DNA of 64,000 nucleotides from a virus, in IMG/VR virus record IMGVR_UViG_3300049847_000198, positions 48,082 through 112,081 of that record; one strand, given 5' to 3'. This document shows, one piece after another, positions 39,795 through 50,011 of this stretch. The notes beneath the pieces are model-generated. The model was not told the DNA's origin and did not search any database. It was given only the letters and a program-made list of their open reading frames with translations. Positions within the stretch are counted from its first letter, which is position 1. Each line of letters starts with the position of its first letter. Made by a program: the position numbers and the translations under genes.

Positions 39795-40616
39795 CTACCG
39801 AAAGTAATTCATCGCTTTGATTCCGACGTAAGCAAGGATGTCGCTCTCTCCGCGTTCTTTTGCGTCAAGAAAACGGTGCTTGCCTTCGATCACGAGAGGC
39901 CCGTCAATCGACATCGGATATCCAGAATCCACCATGATTGGACCAACGGAATTCGAGCGTCGGCAATACCTGTCCCCGATAATCGAGACATCGCTCATGT
40001 CGATCCGCTTCAGAAAGAAAACTTCTGAAGAAACAACGTCCACCGGGAAAACGTCTTGCATTAAACGGACTTGCCCTCCACTGATCGTTTCCGGGAGTTG
40101 AATTATTCCACAATTCAAGCACCTATCGAAACGAGTTCTCGCATTCTCAATTGCTTCGCACGGCTCATATCGCACGCACGGTTCTCCGCGAACAGCGGAA
40201 GAACTGACGCATCGCAAATACTTCGGAGGTATCAGGAAAATCTGCTTGAGATTTTCGATTGGCGGTGACTCGTATTTAGCCTGAGAGAGACCAGCCTCGT
40301 ACTCGAAGTCTTTTTTGTCTCGAATACCACGAATCAAAGTCACATCAGAATTATGGAATTCGTCTCTTATTGATTTCAGGAACTCGGATATTTCACAAGC
40401 CTTAATGCTTAATCCGATCGGCATCATGCGAAGCAACATTTCGTATCGCTCAGCCTCGCTGTGCCGATGTCTTTTCGTTGGATGCTTTCCGATGATAACG
40501 AAAAACTTGTCGTAATCATGGATCGACTGACAAACGATCCATTTGTGGCCAGCCGTAGGCGGATCAAAGCTGCCTGTAAAAACCCCGATGGTCACTTTTC
40601 TCTGACTCGTTACCAC
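39795..40616 (-). CDS. CoaD/PPAT-like nucleotidyltransferase fused to a ParB/Srx-like domain
   Basis: GSFDPPTAGH, LIRGIR..DFEYE, VSSSAVR; C-terminal VIEGKHRFLDAKERG..ILAYVG. Confidence 0.75.
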   Translation of the reverse strand: MVTSQRKVTIGVFTGSFDPPTAGHKWIVCQSIHDYDKFFVIIGKHPTKRHRHSEAERYEMLLRMMPIGLSIKACEISEFLKSIRDEFHNSDVTLIRGIRDKKDFEYEAGLSQAKYESPPIENLKQIFLIPPKYLRCVSSSAVRGEPCVRYEPCEAIENARTRFDRCLNCGIIQLPETISGGQVRLMQDVFPVDVVSSEVFFLKRIDMSDVSIIGDRYCRRSNSVGPIMVDSGYPMSIDGPLVIEGKHRFLDAKERGESDILAYVGIKAMNYFR

Positions 40617-41491
40617 ATCGTTCCGATCTGATAAGCGTGGATTTCCTCATACGTCACAGGCTTCGTGCCGTAGCGTCCGCTTTTGATCGCTGCCGCAATC
40701 GACGCGACGTGGCAGGCTTCTTTCCAGCTTTCTCCAAGAAGACGCTCAACGACCAACGCGGAAATGAATTGGTCCCCAGCGCCAACGGTGTCCACGGGAC
40801 GCTTGCAATACGCCTCGATCAAGAACTCCATCTGATCTGACATTGCGGGATAGAAGGCGACGCCTCCTGCGCCCATCTTGAAAACCATGTCGTGCATCGT
40901 TCGATAGTTTTGGTCCGTGCAGATTTCTGAGTCACCGCCAACAATCACATGGCTGTTCATGGTTGGGTGCGTCGTCCTACACGGATCAATGAAAGTCGCC
41001 CATTGTTCTTGAGTAACCAGCTTCACGAGATCGCGATTCACGACGCCTTTGCCGTGGTCTTGGATAATGACTGCGTCAGGCTTGAACTCTTGGATTCGCT
41101 TAACGAACACTCGTGCGTCGTTTGCGTCACATTGATACCCGCAGTCCCGGTCGAACCGAGCAACGAGATGACGCTGCCCATCACGGATGTCGAAGTAGCG
41201 TTTCTTGACTGTTGTTGCATGTTCTCCATTTGCGATCAGCTTTGTCTCGATGTCTCGTTGAATGCACTCGTCTGAAATTCTGCCGCCTTGACCGTCTTTT
41301 CCAACGACTCCGCACAGAACAACTTCTGCTCCGAGAGCCTTGCACATCGCGGCGACGTTGCCGGCACCGCCAAGCGAGTATTCTTCGGACTGTTCCTCAA
41401 AAGCGATGACCGGGCCTTCTGAAGCAACCTTCTTCGCTTTGACGAAGATGTTGTGATCCAAAAGAACGTCTCCAAGAACGGCTATTCGCAT
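40610..41491 (-). CDS. HldA/RfaE domain I-like heptose-7-phosphate kinase (PfkB family)
   Basis: VLGDVLLD, LGGAGNVA, TTVKKR, QDHGKG, DTVGAGD. Confidence 0.85.
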   Translation of the reverse strand: MRIAVLGDVLLDHNIFVKAKKVASEGPVIAFEEQSEEYSLGGAGNVAAMCKALGAEVVLCGVVGKDGQGGRISDECIQRDIETKLIANGEHATTVKKRYFDIRDGQRHLVARFDRDCGYQCDANDARVFVKRIQEFKPDAVIIQDHGKGVVNRDLVKLVTQEQWATFIDPCRTTHPTMNSHVIVGGDSEICTDQNYRTMHDMVFKMGAGGVAFYPAMSDQMEFLIEAYCKRPVDTVGAGDQFISALVVERLLGESWKEACHVASIAAAIKSGRYGTKPVTYEEIHAYQIGTMW

Positions 41492-41735
41492 CTCGCACAT
41501 CCTCCGCAATGCTTGCGAAAAACGCGATCAAGACCACCAGACACAAAGTCTCGACGCAACGTAGCAATCGCAATCGCCATTAACTCCATGATCTCTTGGT
41601 GGTTCACCTCAAACTGCCGAACCTCTTTACCGAGTCGCGCAATCCGTTCTTGGACTTTCCAGTCAAGCGGATCATACCCACCACAAGCATCTGCCAGTTT
41701 CTTAGACGCCTTGCAGAACTTCACTCCGTCAGAGT

Positions 41736-42392
41736 TCATGGCACGCCTCCATTCCAAAGAACCCCTAGTCCATGCGGAACGAGGTGATGCGGTATCTCAA
41801 GTCCATGCCAATACGGATGATCTTCTTGCCACTTCGTGAAACCCACACCAACGTCGCCGCCTTCAAGCTGGATGTCGTGAATGAGAATGCAAGAGTTCGG
41901 GAGATTCGACAACCACCAGACAGCGTTCGATATATCCTTGTAGACCGCCTCTGCGTCATGTTGTCCATCAATAAAGATGCAGTCGAACTGCATGACCGAG
42001 TTAGCGCCGATGCGACCTTGGAGAATGTTCTGGCTGTTCGTTCTGTGGTAATGAAACTGGCCGTCAAACCCGCTGTGTCTTGTCCCGCAAATGTTCGAGT
42101 AAAGGAAAGCACCGCTGTCTCGATCTGGATTGTATTCCGCACAGTCCAAGTCGATGATCGAAATCTTTTCCGGTTTCCAGCCGCAGCACTGCATGGCGTA
42201 TGACTCAGTCGTGCCGAATAGCCCGCCAATCGCCAAGTATCGCTTCGGATTCAGCCTGCCGATGATCTCTCCAAGAGAACATACATACGTCTTTTCCATG
42301 ACAGGATCGACATACGGAGACCCGATCGGCGTAGACGCCTTGAGTGAAGAACGCTTGTCTTCGACGTGATTCAAGAAATCAAAGTCGATCAT
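41736..42392 (-). CDS. Class I SAM methyltransferase (Methyltransf_24-like)
   Basis: YLAIGGLFG, FDCIFIDGQH, ILIHD. Confidence 0.75.
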   Translation of the reverse strand: MIDFDFLNHVEDKRSSLKASTPIGSPYVDPVMEKTYVCSLGEIIGRLNPKRYLAIGGLFGTTESYAMQCCGWKPEKISIIDLDCAEYNPDRDSGAFLYSNICGTRHSGFDGQFHYHRTNSQNILQGRIGANSVMQFDCIFIDGQHDAEAVYKDISNAVWWLSNLPNSCILIHDIQLEGGDVGVGFTKWQEDHPYWHGLEIPHHLVPHGLGVLWNGGVP

Positions 42393-42402
42393 TGCGATAC
42401 CT

Positions 42403-43314
42403 TCAAACCGTTAAGACATCAGGAAGAGAGAACGAGACCATGCAATGACTGTTGAGAGTAACGTATGACTTCTTGAGCTTTCCGTGGCCGCAATAAAGAG
42501 CAGACATAACCGCCTTAGCAGTTTTTTTAGGGATGTATTTCCATCCCAGCACTGCCGCGATTTTCTCGATTTTCGATTCATCGTAAAGATTGACGCTTCC
42601 GCCATTCGATACGAGAAACCTAAAAACTCCATGCCAAGCAATCACGTCCCGCCTGTTTACCGGCGACACTCTGTTTTCTTGCGGAGAAGGAATTATCGCT
42701 AACGCCTTAGATGCCTCCCATCCAGCCTTCAGACGATTGAATATCGTAGTCTTGTCAATGCCCGTCTCTTTTGCCCAATCCTCAAGGCACTGCGTCCTGC
42801 CTCCGAATGTAATCCACCTGTTTGTGGATTTATTGAGAGATTGCTCTCGACTGGTAGCCCATCGACAGTTGACGGGTTCGTAGTTTCCGTCGTTCTCAAT
42901 CCTTTCGATGCTGTGCTTTCTTGATGGAGGATGACCCATGTCTTCTAGGAACGCCTCAAACGAATTGAGCCAGCGCTGACACACGCCTATGCCTCTACCT
43001 CCGTAGTCTGGAAACCCTCGACGATTACTGTTTGTGCATCTCTGGATCATTCCATTCCAGATTCCATACGTTCTTGAATTAGACAGACCGTGAGTCGTCG
43101 CTATTTCGCGAATCCTCTGGCTTCTGTAGCAACCACATGAACTTGATTTACCGTTTAACACATTTCTGAGCAGTACGTCTTTTCTTTTTCCGCATTCACA
43201 AACGCAAGACACCTTTGAAATAGAGCGATTTTTGTACCCGTCGCAGATAGATTCTACAACAAAACGACCGAATTTTTTGCCGATATACATTTCGGGACCA
43301 GAAGAATCGTTCAT
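42403..43314 (-). CDS. HNH-type homing endonuclease
   Basis: GKKFGR, CVCECG, SSCGC, YGGRGI.VC.RW, SIERIENDGNYEPVNCRWAT..Q..N. Confidence 0.85.
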   Translation of the reverse strand: MNDSSGPEMYIGKKFGRFVVESICDGYKNRSISKVSCVCECGKRKDVLLRNVLNGKSSSCGCYRSQRIREIATTHGLSNSRTYGIWNGMIQRCTNSNRRGFPDYGGRGIGVCQRWLNSFEAFLEDMGHPPSRKHSIERIENDGNYEPVNCRWATSREQSLNKSTNRWITFGGRTQCLEDWAKETGIDKTTIFNRLKAGWEASKALAIIPSPQENRVSPVNRRDVIAWHGVFRFLVSNGGSVNLYDESKIEKIAAVLGWKYIPKKTAKAVMSALYCGHGKLKKSYVTLNSHCMVSFSLPDVLTV

Positions 43315-43889
43315 GTTTTCCTCAACACAATCGTCAGACTGTAGTTTCCTGGTGAATGCTGCCCTTTGGCTGGAGGATACCAGCCTTCGATGTCCAGTTC
43401 AAAAAACACCTCTTCCGCATCCGGGATCGCTCTTGCAATCGTCGCGCGCAACCCCTTCGTGCAAGGCGGTTCGTCATCGTTCTCTACATAGAAAAATGCG
43501 TGCTCTATATTCCAAACTGAAGGAAGCTCCTTCTTGCGTTCGTAGTGATCGCGTGATGGCACGGAAACACACATGAGGCCATTCGGCTTTAGAACTCGCC
43601 ACCAATTACGGACCGCCGTAATTGGGTCTTTTAGATGCTCCAATACGTGACTGGCGTATAGATGACTGATTGATCCATCTGGAACACCTTCAAGATAAGT
43701 CGCATCACCGTCACCGAATATCACATCCCACGGACGCCAATTTGGAGTCTCGTGGATTCGGTCATGCTGGCATCCGACATCAAGGCCAGATTCGGCGTTC
43801 TCTGGCATGTACTTATCGAACCAGCCTGTCGCCAAGCGGCGAGCACGAACCTTGGACGTCTCGCCGCGAATCACGATTTCTTCAGACAT
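43311..43889 (-). CDS. Class I SAM methyltransferase (type 11-like)
   Basis: GLDVGC, ASHVLEHL, WWRVLKPNG...VP. Confidence 0.85.
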   Translation of the reverse strand: MSEEIVIRGETSKVRARRLATGWFDKYMPENAESGLDVGCQHDRIHETPNWRPWDVIFGDGDATYLEGVPDGSISHLYASHVLEHLKDPITAVRNWWRVLKPNGLMCVSVPSRDHYERKKELPSVWNIEHAFFYVENDDEPPCTKGLRATIARAIPDAEEVFFELDIEGWYPPAKGQHSPGNYSLTIVLRKT

Positions 43890-44785
43890 CACAGTGCTCC
43901 GTTGTAGAACTTCATCTCTTGGTAAGAAAGAACTGGCCGACCAGTGATCTTCGCAATCACTTCCGCCTGATGCTGGCACGACTCGGCAAACATCATCGCG
44001 TTCGGGCGGTCCATGTAGACCCTCGCCTTGCGTGTCGCACTGCCGCCGTTCAGGTCACGCTGCTCTGGCGTGTTGCACGGACACATATTCAACGATTTGT
44101 AGCGTATGCCGTGCTTGGCCAGCCACGCTTCCGTCTGTGGTCGGTACTTCTCAAGCCTGCCTGTCACGATCTCGCCGATCTCAAAAGAAGGTTTCATCAG
44201 CGGCTTCGTGGTCTCCAAGTGCCGCATGTATTCATCAGCCTTGTCGCCTGTCTCGTAAGTGAATGGCCAGTCTTCACACAGTACACCGTCCATGTCTACG
44301 AGCGTGTTCTCCAAGAACCAGTGGTGATGCCAGTTCCACTCAAAAACATGGTCGATGTCGCCGACGTTCAGGAAGTAATGATCGACAATATGTTTCGATT
44401 GCTCCATTGCGTAGACGACGGCGTACTGAATTGGGACGACATCGCCAGTCATTTCACGAGACTCTCTTCCAAGTCTCTGTCTCTCTGTCTGAATTTGACC
44501 ACCGCCGCATACCGTATCGTCAACGACAAGAATCCTTCCGCCGTCTTTTGCGAACTTTGCGTGACACGCACGCCTCTTGCTAGACAACCAAGGCTTCGAT
44601 CCAGACAACAACTCATCCGTGCTGAGCAAGTGAATGTTGCGTTCCGCCATCAACATCGACGCCACGATCATGCCTGAGCGTCCGCTGCCAGCAACAGCGA
44701 TGATGTCTTCAGGAAGACGCCGAGACCATTCTCGGATGTCCTGTGCGAGTTGAGCGTATGTGCGAAACATCAAAGGCTTACTCAT
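43889..44785 (-). CDS. Phosphoribosyltransferase-HAD phosphatase fusion
   Basis: GRSGMI, ILVVDDTVCGG; VDMDGVLC, IVTGRLEKYR..TEAWL. Confidence 0.8.
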   Translation of the reverse strand: MSKPLMFRTYAQLAQDIREWSRRLPEDIIAVAGSGRSGMIVASMLMAERNIHLLSTDELLSGSKPWLSSKRRACHAKFAKDGGRILVVDDTVCGGGQIQTERQRLGRESREMTGDVVPIQYAVVYAMEQSKHIVDHYFLNVGDIDHVFEWNWHHHWFLENTLVDMDGVLCEDWPFTYETGDKADEYMRHLETTKPLMKPSFEIGEIVTGRLEKYRPQTEAWLAKHGIRYKSLNMCPCNTPEQRDLNGGSATRKARVYMDRPNAMMFAESCQHQAEVIAKITGRPVLSYQEMKFYNGAL

Positions 44786-45002
44786 TCACTCTGCCATTCA
44801 AAGTGAGGCGCTCGATTGCGTCGTCTTCTGCTCGTTTGCGATCGCCGTGCCAAGATCGACACCTCGGACGCACATGATTTGTGACTTTTGCAAGCTGCGA
44901 CATCCAGTCAGAACCTGAACCGTAGACGATCGACTCTCTGTCTGTCTCGTCACGAAACACAGTTACATAATAGCCGCGAAAAACTTCTTTCACTTCAGAC
45001 AT
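44778..45002 (-). CDS. Hypothetical protein
   Basis: Coupled ORF. Confidence 0.45.
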   Translation of the reverse strand: MSEVKEVFRGYYVTVFRDETDRESIVYGSGSDWMSQLAKVTNHVRPRCRSWHGDRKRAEDDAIERLTLNGRVNE

Positions 45003-45826
45003 TTATCTACCTCTTCAAAAACCGATTCCGCACTAATCTTCGCGATCTGACCGCAACCATTGCGGTCGCACTTCTTATCGCGAAAAACATTACCATAAAC
45101 GCAACCAGTACACGGATCGTCCTCTGGCGGAGTAATACACGTCACGCAGTCGGCGGCATGGGAGTAAGCGTTCGGTCGAGTCGGACCAAGAACGACAATC
45201 GTTTTCTTGCCAAGCGTTGCCGCAACATGCGCGTACCCAGAATCAATCGCCACGACAACATCCGCCATGTCGATAATCGCCGCCACATTTCCCCACAACG
45301 CCCCACAATTCGCCTTCCTTAAGAACGAGGCCGAACCGAGCAGCTTCAACAGCTTCAAGAATCCATCGTCCCACCGTCTCGATTTGTCCTCGACTTCCAT
45401 GCACAGCAGAATCCTTTTGCCGAGATAGCCGCTCGATCCAGACCACCAGTCCTTCGCGTACTGACGCTCACCTTCCGTGATGTGAAGCTGTGGACGCCTT
45501 GGCTCTGCGTTGATCCTGAAGTGACGGCGGATCAAGTCGATTCGCGGAACCGAACCTCGGCATTCAACCTCGTGTCCGAAAATCGGAGACGGACTTCTGC
45601 CGACGACTCGTTCAATGTTCTCTTCGCCGAGCAGGCTCAAGACATCTTTCTTGTTGTCAGAACGGAGTCGCATTTCGCCTTCTGTGCCCTTCGTGTTGGC
45701 GATAGCGTGAGCTAGAAGAATGACATCGCCAACTCCACAAAAGTTCGGGCCGTGATCGACGTTGATGTAGTTTAGGTATCTCACTTCTGAATCATCTCCA
45801 TCACCATCGGTCCCACCACGTTCCAA
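44990..45826 (-). CDS. GT9 (ADP-heptose transferase-like) glycosyltransferase
   Basis: GVGDVIL, VVAIDSGYAHVAATLG..TIVVLGPT, C-terminal Cys cluster; start uncertain. Confidence 0.85.
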   Translation of the reverse strand: MERGGTDGDGDDSEVRYLNYINVDHGPNFCGVGDVILLAHAIANTKGTEGEMRLRSDNKKDVLSLLGEENIERVVGRSPSPIFGHEVECRGSVPRIDLIRRHFRINAEPRRPQLHITEGERQYAKDWWSGSSGYLGKRILLCMEVEDKSRRWDDGFLKLLKLLGSASFLRKANCGALWGNVAAIIDMADVVVAIDSGYAHVAATLGKKTIVVLGPTRPNAYSHAADCVTCITPPEDDPCTGCVYGNVFRDKKCDRNGCGQIAKISAESVFEEVDKCLK

Positions 45827-46176
45827 TCAACAAACGGTCTTCCGCCGCTTCTTGGGTTTGTCTTCAGCGGGCAACCAAACGCAGCATCGTCGATATAGAG
45901 ATGCGCGTAACACTTCGGGGACGAAGTCCAAGAAGACTGTTCTGGATTCGAGTTGTGCGACCAGAACTCAATGCCACGCTCTTTGCACCACTCGATCGCT
46001 TCTGTCAGCGGATTGAATCCATCTTCCCTGCCGTCGCTTCGCATTGTCCAAAGAACCAGCTTCGCTCCGGCTTCTTGGAACTCCTTGAGATACTTAAACG
46101 CTTCGGGAACCTCGTTTCCGATCTCAGGAAATCGGTGGTCGCAAAGCGTGCCGTCAAAGTCGATCGCAATAATCAT
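45781..46176 (-). CDS. Small HAD-superfamily hydrolase
   Basis: IAIDFDGTL, LWTMR, KCYAHLYIDD. Confidence 0.85.
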   Translation of the reverse strand: MIIAIDFDGTLCDHRFPEIGNEVPEAFKYLKEFQEAGAKLVLWTMRSDGREDGFNPLTEAIEWCKERGIEFWSHNSNPEQSSWTSSPKCYAHLYIDDAAFGCPLKTNPRSGGRPFVDWNVVGPMVMEMIQK

Positions 46177-47078
46177 CGCGGAGTCTTTCCGTGATTGAAC
46201 GCCAATCTCTTCTGCGCCGCCTCAAAGATGTCCTCGGCGTCCGGTTCAGGTCCGTGATACTCAACGAAACTCCAGTCGTCTTTGTTCGCCTCCCAAGCGT
46301 CGTGGTGAATGTCGCTCACCAGATACCAAGCGTTCGGATTCGGGATACAGCAGTGGACTGGTTGAATCTGACGGAACACGCCGAGACACGGAACGTCGGT
46401 AAACGAAGCCAGATGAAACGGTCCTGAATCAACGCCGATCATCAAGTCGCTCATGTAATACAACGCACACAGCCAATCGAGACCGATGCGTCGCCAGTTC
46501 TTGTGCGTCTTCACTCGCTCATGCGGAAAAGACGGTTCCGACTTCACTGCGTTCAACTGCACGATGCTTCCGCCAGTTCGATCCAGCCACATCTCCATGA
46601 ACTGCTTTGTTGTTGAATGGTCGAGGTTTTTCTTGGTTGAAAACGAATCTCCGCAGGTATGCAGCGCCATGATTGGTCGTGGCAAATCCTTGACGAATTC
46701 ATCGACAGCGCAAGACGCCTCTTGTGAGATGCACCCATCAGAAACAATGCGAACATGACAAAGTTCTTTCCATGTCATTTCTGGATCGCCCAACGGAGGC
46801 ATCAGTTCGTCATCAAGACCTTGCATCGGCTTGTTTGTGACCCACACGGGCAGGTCCATATTGCCCCACGACTCGCGATAACGCCACTTGTGAAACGCCT
46901 CGGACGGATTCATCGGAACATGCCGCACTTCGGCGCAATCGAAAATGAAATCTCGATTTTGGTTCACGCTGACATGAATGTCGTATCCGCGTGCTTTGTA
47001 AAGCTGCAACAGGAACGCCATGTGGACCGCGTCGCCCATGCCCGCCTCGAAACGGAAACGAATTTGCTTGTCAGGCAT
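46173..47078 (-). CDS. GT9 (ADP-heptose transferase-like) glycosyltransferase
   Basis: GMGDAV, MIGVDSGPFHLAS..VPCLGVF. Confidence 0.85.
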   Translation of the reverse strand: MPDKQIRFRFEAGMGDAVHMAFLLQLYKARGYDIHVSVNQNRDFIFDCAEVRHVPMNPSEAFHKWRYRESWGNMDLPVWVTNKPMQGLDDELMPPLGDPEMTWKELCHVRIVSDGCISQEASCAVDEFVKDLPRPIMALHTCGDSFSTKKNLDHSTTKQFMEMWLDRTGGSIVQLNAVKSEPSFPHERVKTHKNWRRIGLDWLCALYYMSDLMIGVDSGPFHLASFTDVPCLGVFRQIQPVHCCIPNPNAWYLVSDIHHDAWEANKDDWSFVEYHGPEPDAEDIFEAAQKRLAFNHGKTPR

Positions 47079-47499
47079 TCTTGATTCTTTCAATCATTTG
47101 AGTCGTGCTCTCGTCTGGGCCTTCGAGAAAAACAAGAGGAATCTCAAGTTCTCGGCACAACGCAATCTCAGGCATATTTGATTCGTTCCACGTATCAGGC
47201 TTGCCCTTAGGGAAGCCCTTAAAGACAAGGTTCGGCATCAACCTCCGAATCCAGTCCGATGGTTCGCTATCTGGCATCGGCACAACCAAATCAACGCAAC
47301 GCAGCGACTCAATCATCTGCTTGCGAGTCGCAAACGGGACTATCGGACGAATCGATCCCTTTAATCGAGAAACCGATTCGTCCGTGTTTAGTCCAACAAT
47401 CAACACGTCGCATTGCTGCTTGCATCGCTCAAGAAATGAAACGTGATGCGCTCCAAGCAAGTCGAAACAGCCGTTCGTGAATGCGACAAGGCGAGACAT
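47071..47499 (-). CDS. HldC/RfaE domain II-like heptose-1-phosphate adenylyltransferase
   Basis: FTNGCFDLL..HH, LIVGLNTDESVSRLKG.RP, STTQMIERI. Confidence 0.88.
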   Translation of the reverse strand: MSRLVAFTNGCFDLLGAHHVSFLERCKQQCDVLIVGLNTDESVSRLKGSIRPIVPFATRKQMIESLRCVDLVVPMPDSEPSDWIRRLMPNLVFKGFPKGKPDTWNESNMPEIALCRELEIPLVFLEGPDESTTQMIERIKNA

Positions 47500-47550
47500 G
47501 TACACTGGTCTCTCAGGTTCAAGCCAGACTCAAGGCGACGATCGCTCTCA

Positions 47551-48105
47551 TCACGGAATCAACGAACCAGCCCGACCACGCACATTCGACCTCAACATCA
47601 GCAGTGACGTGTAATCCAAGAAGCACTTGTCGTAGTGACTCTGCGCAGAATCGAACTTAGAAATCGCCAAACTGGAGTTTGCACAACAAGCAGCAAACTT
47701 GAGAACTGCCGTCGTATTGCCCGTTGAAGTTCCGACCAACATCCAACGCCAGCCATCGTTGAAGTTGTCGCGAGCAGCGTTGCGATTAACAACGGCTGCT
47801 GCGAAATAGGCATCTCCATTGGCTCGCTCCGTCAGGAAATCGACGCACAATGTCGCAACATCATTGATTTCCCATGAAGTCACGAGTGGGTCAGTCACAA
47901 TGTCCACTGCGACGCCTGACAGATTCGCCGTGCTGAGAAACAACTGGTACGCCTCAACCACGTTGTATGCTGGATCAACAGGAACGCTCGTATTCCAAGC
48001 GTCTATCGCCGCAATGCCAACCGCTGAGTTGGGATCAGGGAACCACTGTGCCGAGGCTACAGAGGGAACCAAAAACAACAAGAAACACATCATCGCACGT
48101 CGCAT
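47551..48105 (-). CDS. Secreted hypothetical protein
   Basis: Signal peptide MRRAMMCFLLFLVPSVASA. Confidence 0.55.
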   Translation of the reverse strand: MRRAMMCFLLFLVPSVASAQWFPDPNSAVGIAAIDAWNTSVPVDPAYNVVEAYQLFLSTANLSGVAVDIVTDPLVTSWEINDVATLCVDFLTERANGDAYFAAAVVNRNAARDNFNDGWRWMLVGTSTGNTTAVLKFAACCANSSLAISKFDSAQSHYDKCFLDYTSLLMLRSNVRGRAGSLIP

Positions 48106-48254
48106 TTTAGAAACTCCTTCGGTGTAGGTGTCTAAGCCGATAGATCCACCGCGAACAATCAATCGACAGGCAAGCCATCTCAATAGGCTCGGCGTGAATG
48201 GCGTAATTGAACCTTAGTATTTGTCGTTCATTATAGCGAACCGAAACCGAAACT

Positions 48255-49013
48255 TCAATCGGCTGCGTGAATCTCAAGAGATTGCCCAACCGGCTTCCAG
48301 GTGGCACTCACTGTCGCGTTGTCGAAGTAATAGCGATTTTCGTCATCCAGGTTGTTCCCGTCGAGATACCAAGGAATATGCCTCGCACAATACGGAGGTG
48401 AAGACCGGACTGTCGGCACGGCAATCTTTGTTGCTCTTTCATGCGGAGTGTAGCAATCATAAACAGCGAAAGTCGTGTCGATCCACGCAGAAAAGAAACC
48501 ATCCCGAACAGGCTTAGTCCACCACTGCGACTCCCATTCAAAAACAGATGACTGCCAAGAGGGGAGATCGTCGATCCTCAATGACAGCCCGCTCTTTACT
48601 ATCCCGTGGCCCCACGAAAAAGGTTCGGCAAGGACGCCAAGTGCGTCCACTGGGACATCACACAAATCAAGGTCACAGTCAGTGACGACGTACTTCGGTT
48701 GGCCCCAATTCTTAATGAACGATGCTGGTGATGGAATGTGCCTCCAGGGGGCGTGCTTGCCGACATTCTCTCCTAGTTTGAAAACTTCAAATGGGCAATT
48801 TGAAAGATAGTCAACAAGAGGAGGCCACGTAGAGTCATTGTCTACAATGATCGGCACAGCATCATCTAAGCAAGAGCACTGCTCAGACAGAATCCTTGTT
48901 GTCGTCAATCTGTTTCTGACGTTTATGTAAATCGGAATTGGCACTTTCGCCTCTAGCTGTCTTCCATTGATAAAAATCGGGAACAACATGATTTCGCCAG
49001 TAATCAGGACCAA
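48255..49013 (-). CDS. GT-A fold (GT2-like) glycosyltransferase
   Basis: IIVDNDSTWPP, YVVTDCD, IDTTFAVY, ARHIPWY; true start probably near 48945. Confidence 0.75.
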   Translation of the reverse strand: MVLITGEIMLFPIFINGRQLEAKVPIPIYINVRNRLTTTRILSEQCSCLDDAVPIIVDNDSTWPPLVDYLSNCPFEVFKLGENVGKHAPWRHIPSPASFIKNWGQPKYVVTDCDLDLCDVPVDALGVLAEPFSWGHGIVKSGLSLRIDDLPSWQSSVFEWESQWWTKPVRDGFFSAWIDTTFAVYDCYTPHERATKIAVPTVRSSPPYCARHIPWYLDGNNLDDENRYYFDNATVSATWKPVGQSLEIHAAD

Positions 49014-50004
49014 ATGATCTCTGGCTTGCGAAATCGTGGCAAAGGCACGCGGCCTCAGATTCAGAACAGATCAACCCTGGCCACTCCTCGGAGTGCCATC
49101 TCTTATCTGATTCGTACCTCCAATCACGCGAAAAAACATCAGAATTCCTGAACCAATAAAAAGATCCCGCGTAAAACCACTTGTAACGCTGGCGCGCAAA
49201 CAGCGGTTCATGACACTTCATGGGACCGGCAAACGAGTGAGACTTTAATGCGTCTTCTACGCTTAACCAATCAAGGCAAGTATCCCACATCAAGCTGGCC
49301 CACTCTTGCTCAAACCCGCCTTCTTTGTGAGTCACCCCCTTACTGTGACCACGAAGAGTAACCGTATTCTGGTCTTCGTTTTTTATGGTCTCAAGAAGTT
49401 TGTTGAAAGTCAGCGTCTCGGCAAGATTATTGTTCTCCGTTACCACCCAATCGCTCACTGGAACTCCGTTAAACAATTCTTTCACATCATCAATAGACGA
49501 TGTGTATTGGCTAACAGTAACGCCAATCGCAATCTTGCCATTAAAAAGATCGCTTTTTTCTCGAATCTTCTGGATGTGCCAGTGCCAATTCCACTCAGCG
49601 CCAAGCATGGGGTACAGGTGGAAGATCAGATTTCTTTTTGGTTTCACTAGCGGTCTTCGATTCTCGTTATGCCTGAACCACATCCCCGCTGGGCACTGCT
49701 CCGACCTCCACGAAATCTTCCCGCTGTTCAATGCGTTCTTCTTGAGAGGGCATTCGCACAGAGAGCATGTATCATCGACATTGTGAGGGCACGAACGACA
49801 TCGTTCCTGACGAAAAACGACATCAGAAACTAAAGCACTAGCTGTATCGACTGCTAGATACCTCTTCATAGCATCAGCGTACAACTTTGACCGATCTATT
49901 GAACCAAACTTTCTGCCTTGGCCACTTGGTCTACCTCTTGAAGATCGACCTTGCGACTTCCTGAGAATTTCTTTCCTTGGACCACGAACAGTAGAATTAG
50001 ACAT
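48883..50004 (-). CDS. Cys-rich N-terminal domain plus putative glycosyltransferase
   Basis: RCRSCP..C..CEC..CP; HSKGVTH; YAGSFYWFR. Confidence 0.55.
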   Translation of the reverse strand: MSNSTVRGPRKEILRKSQGRSSRGRPSGQGRKFGSIDRSKLYADAMKRYLAVDTASALVSDVVFRQERCRSCPHNVDDTCSLCECPLKKNALNSGKISWRSEQCPAGMWFRHNENRRPLVKPKRNLIFHLYPMLGAEWNWHWHIQKIREKSDLFNGKIAIGVTVSQYTSSIDDVKELFNGVPVSDWVVTENNNLAETLTFNKLLETIKNEDQNTVTLRGHSKGVTHKEGGFEQEWASLMWDTCLDWLSVEDALKSHSFAGPMKCHEPLFARQRYKWFYAGSFYWFRNSDVFSRDWRYESDKRWHSEEWPGLICSESEAACLCHDFASQRSFGPDYWRNHVVPDFYQWKTARGESANSDLHKRQKQIDDNKDSV

Positions 50005-50011
50005 TTGTCAC

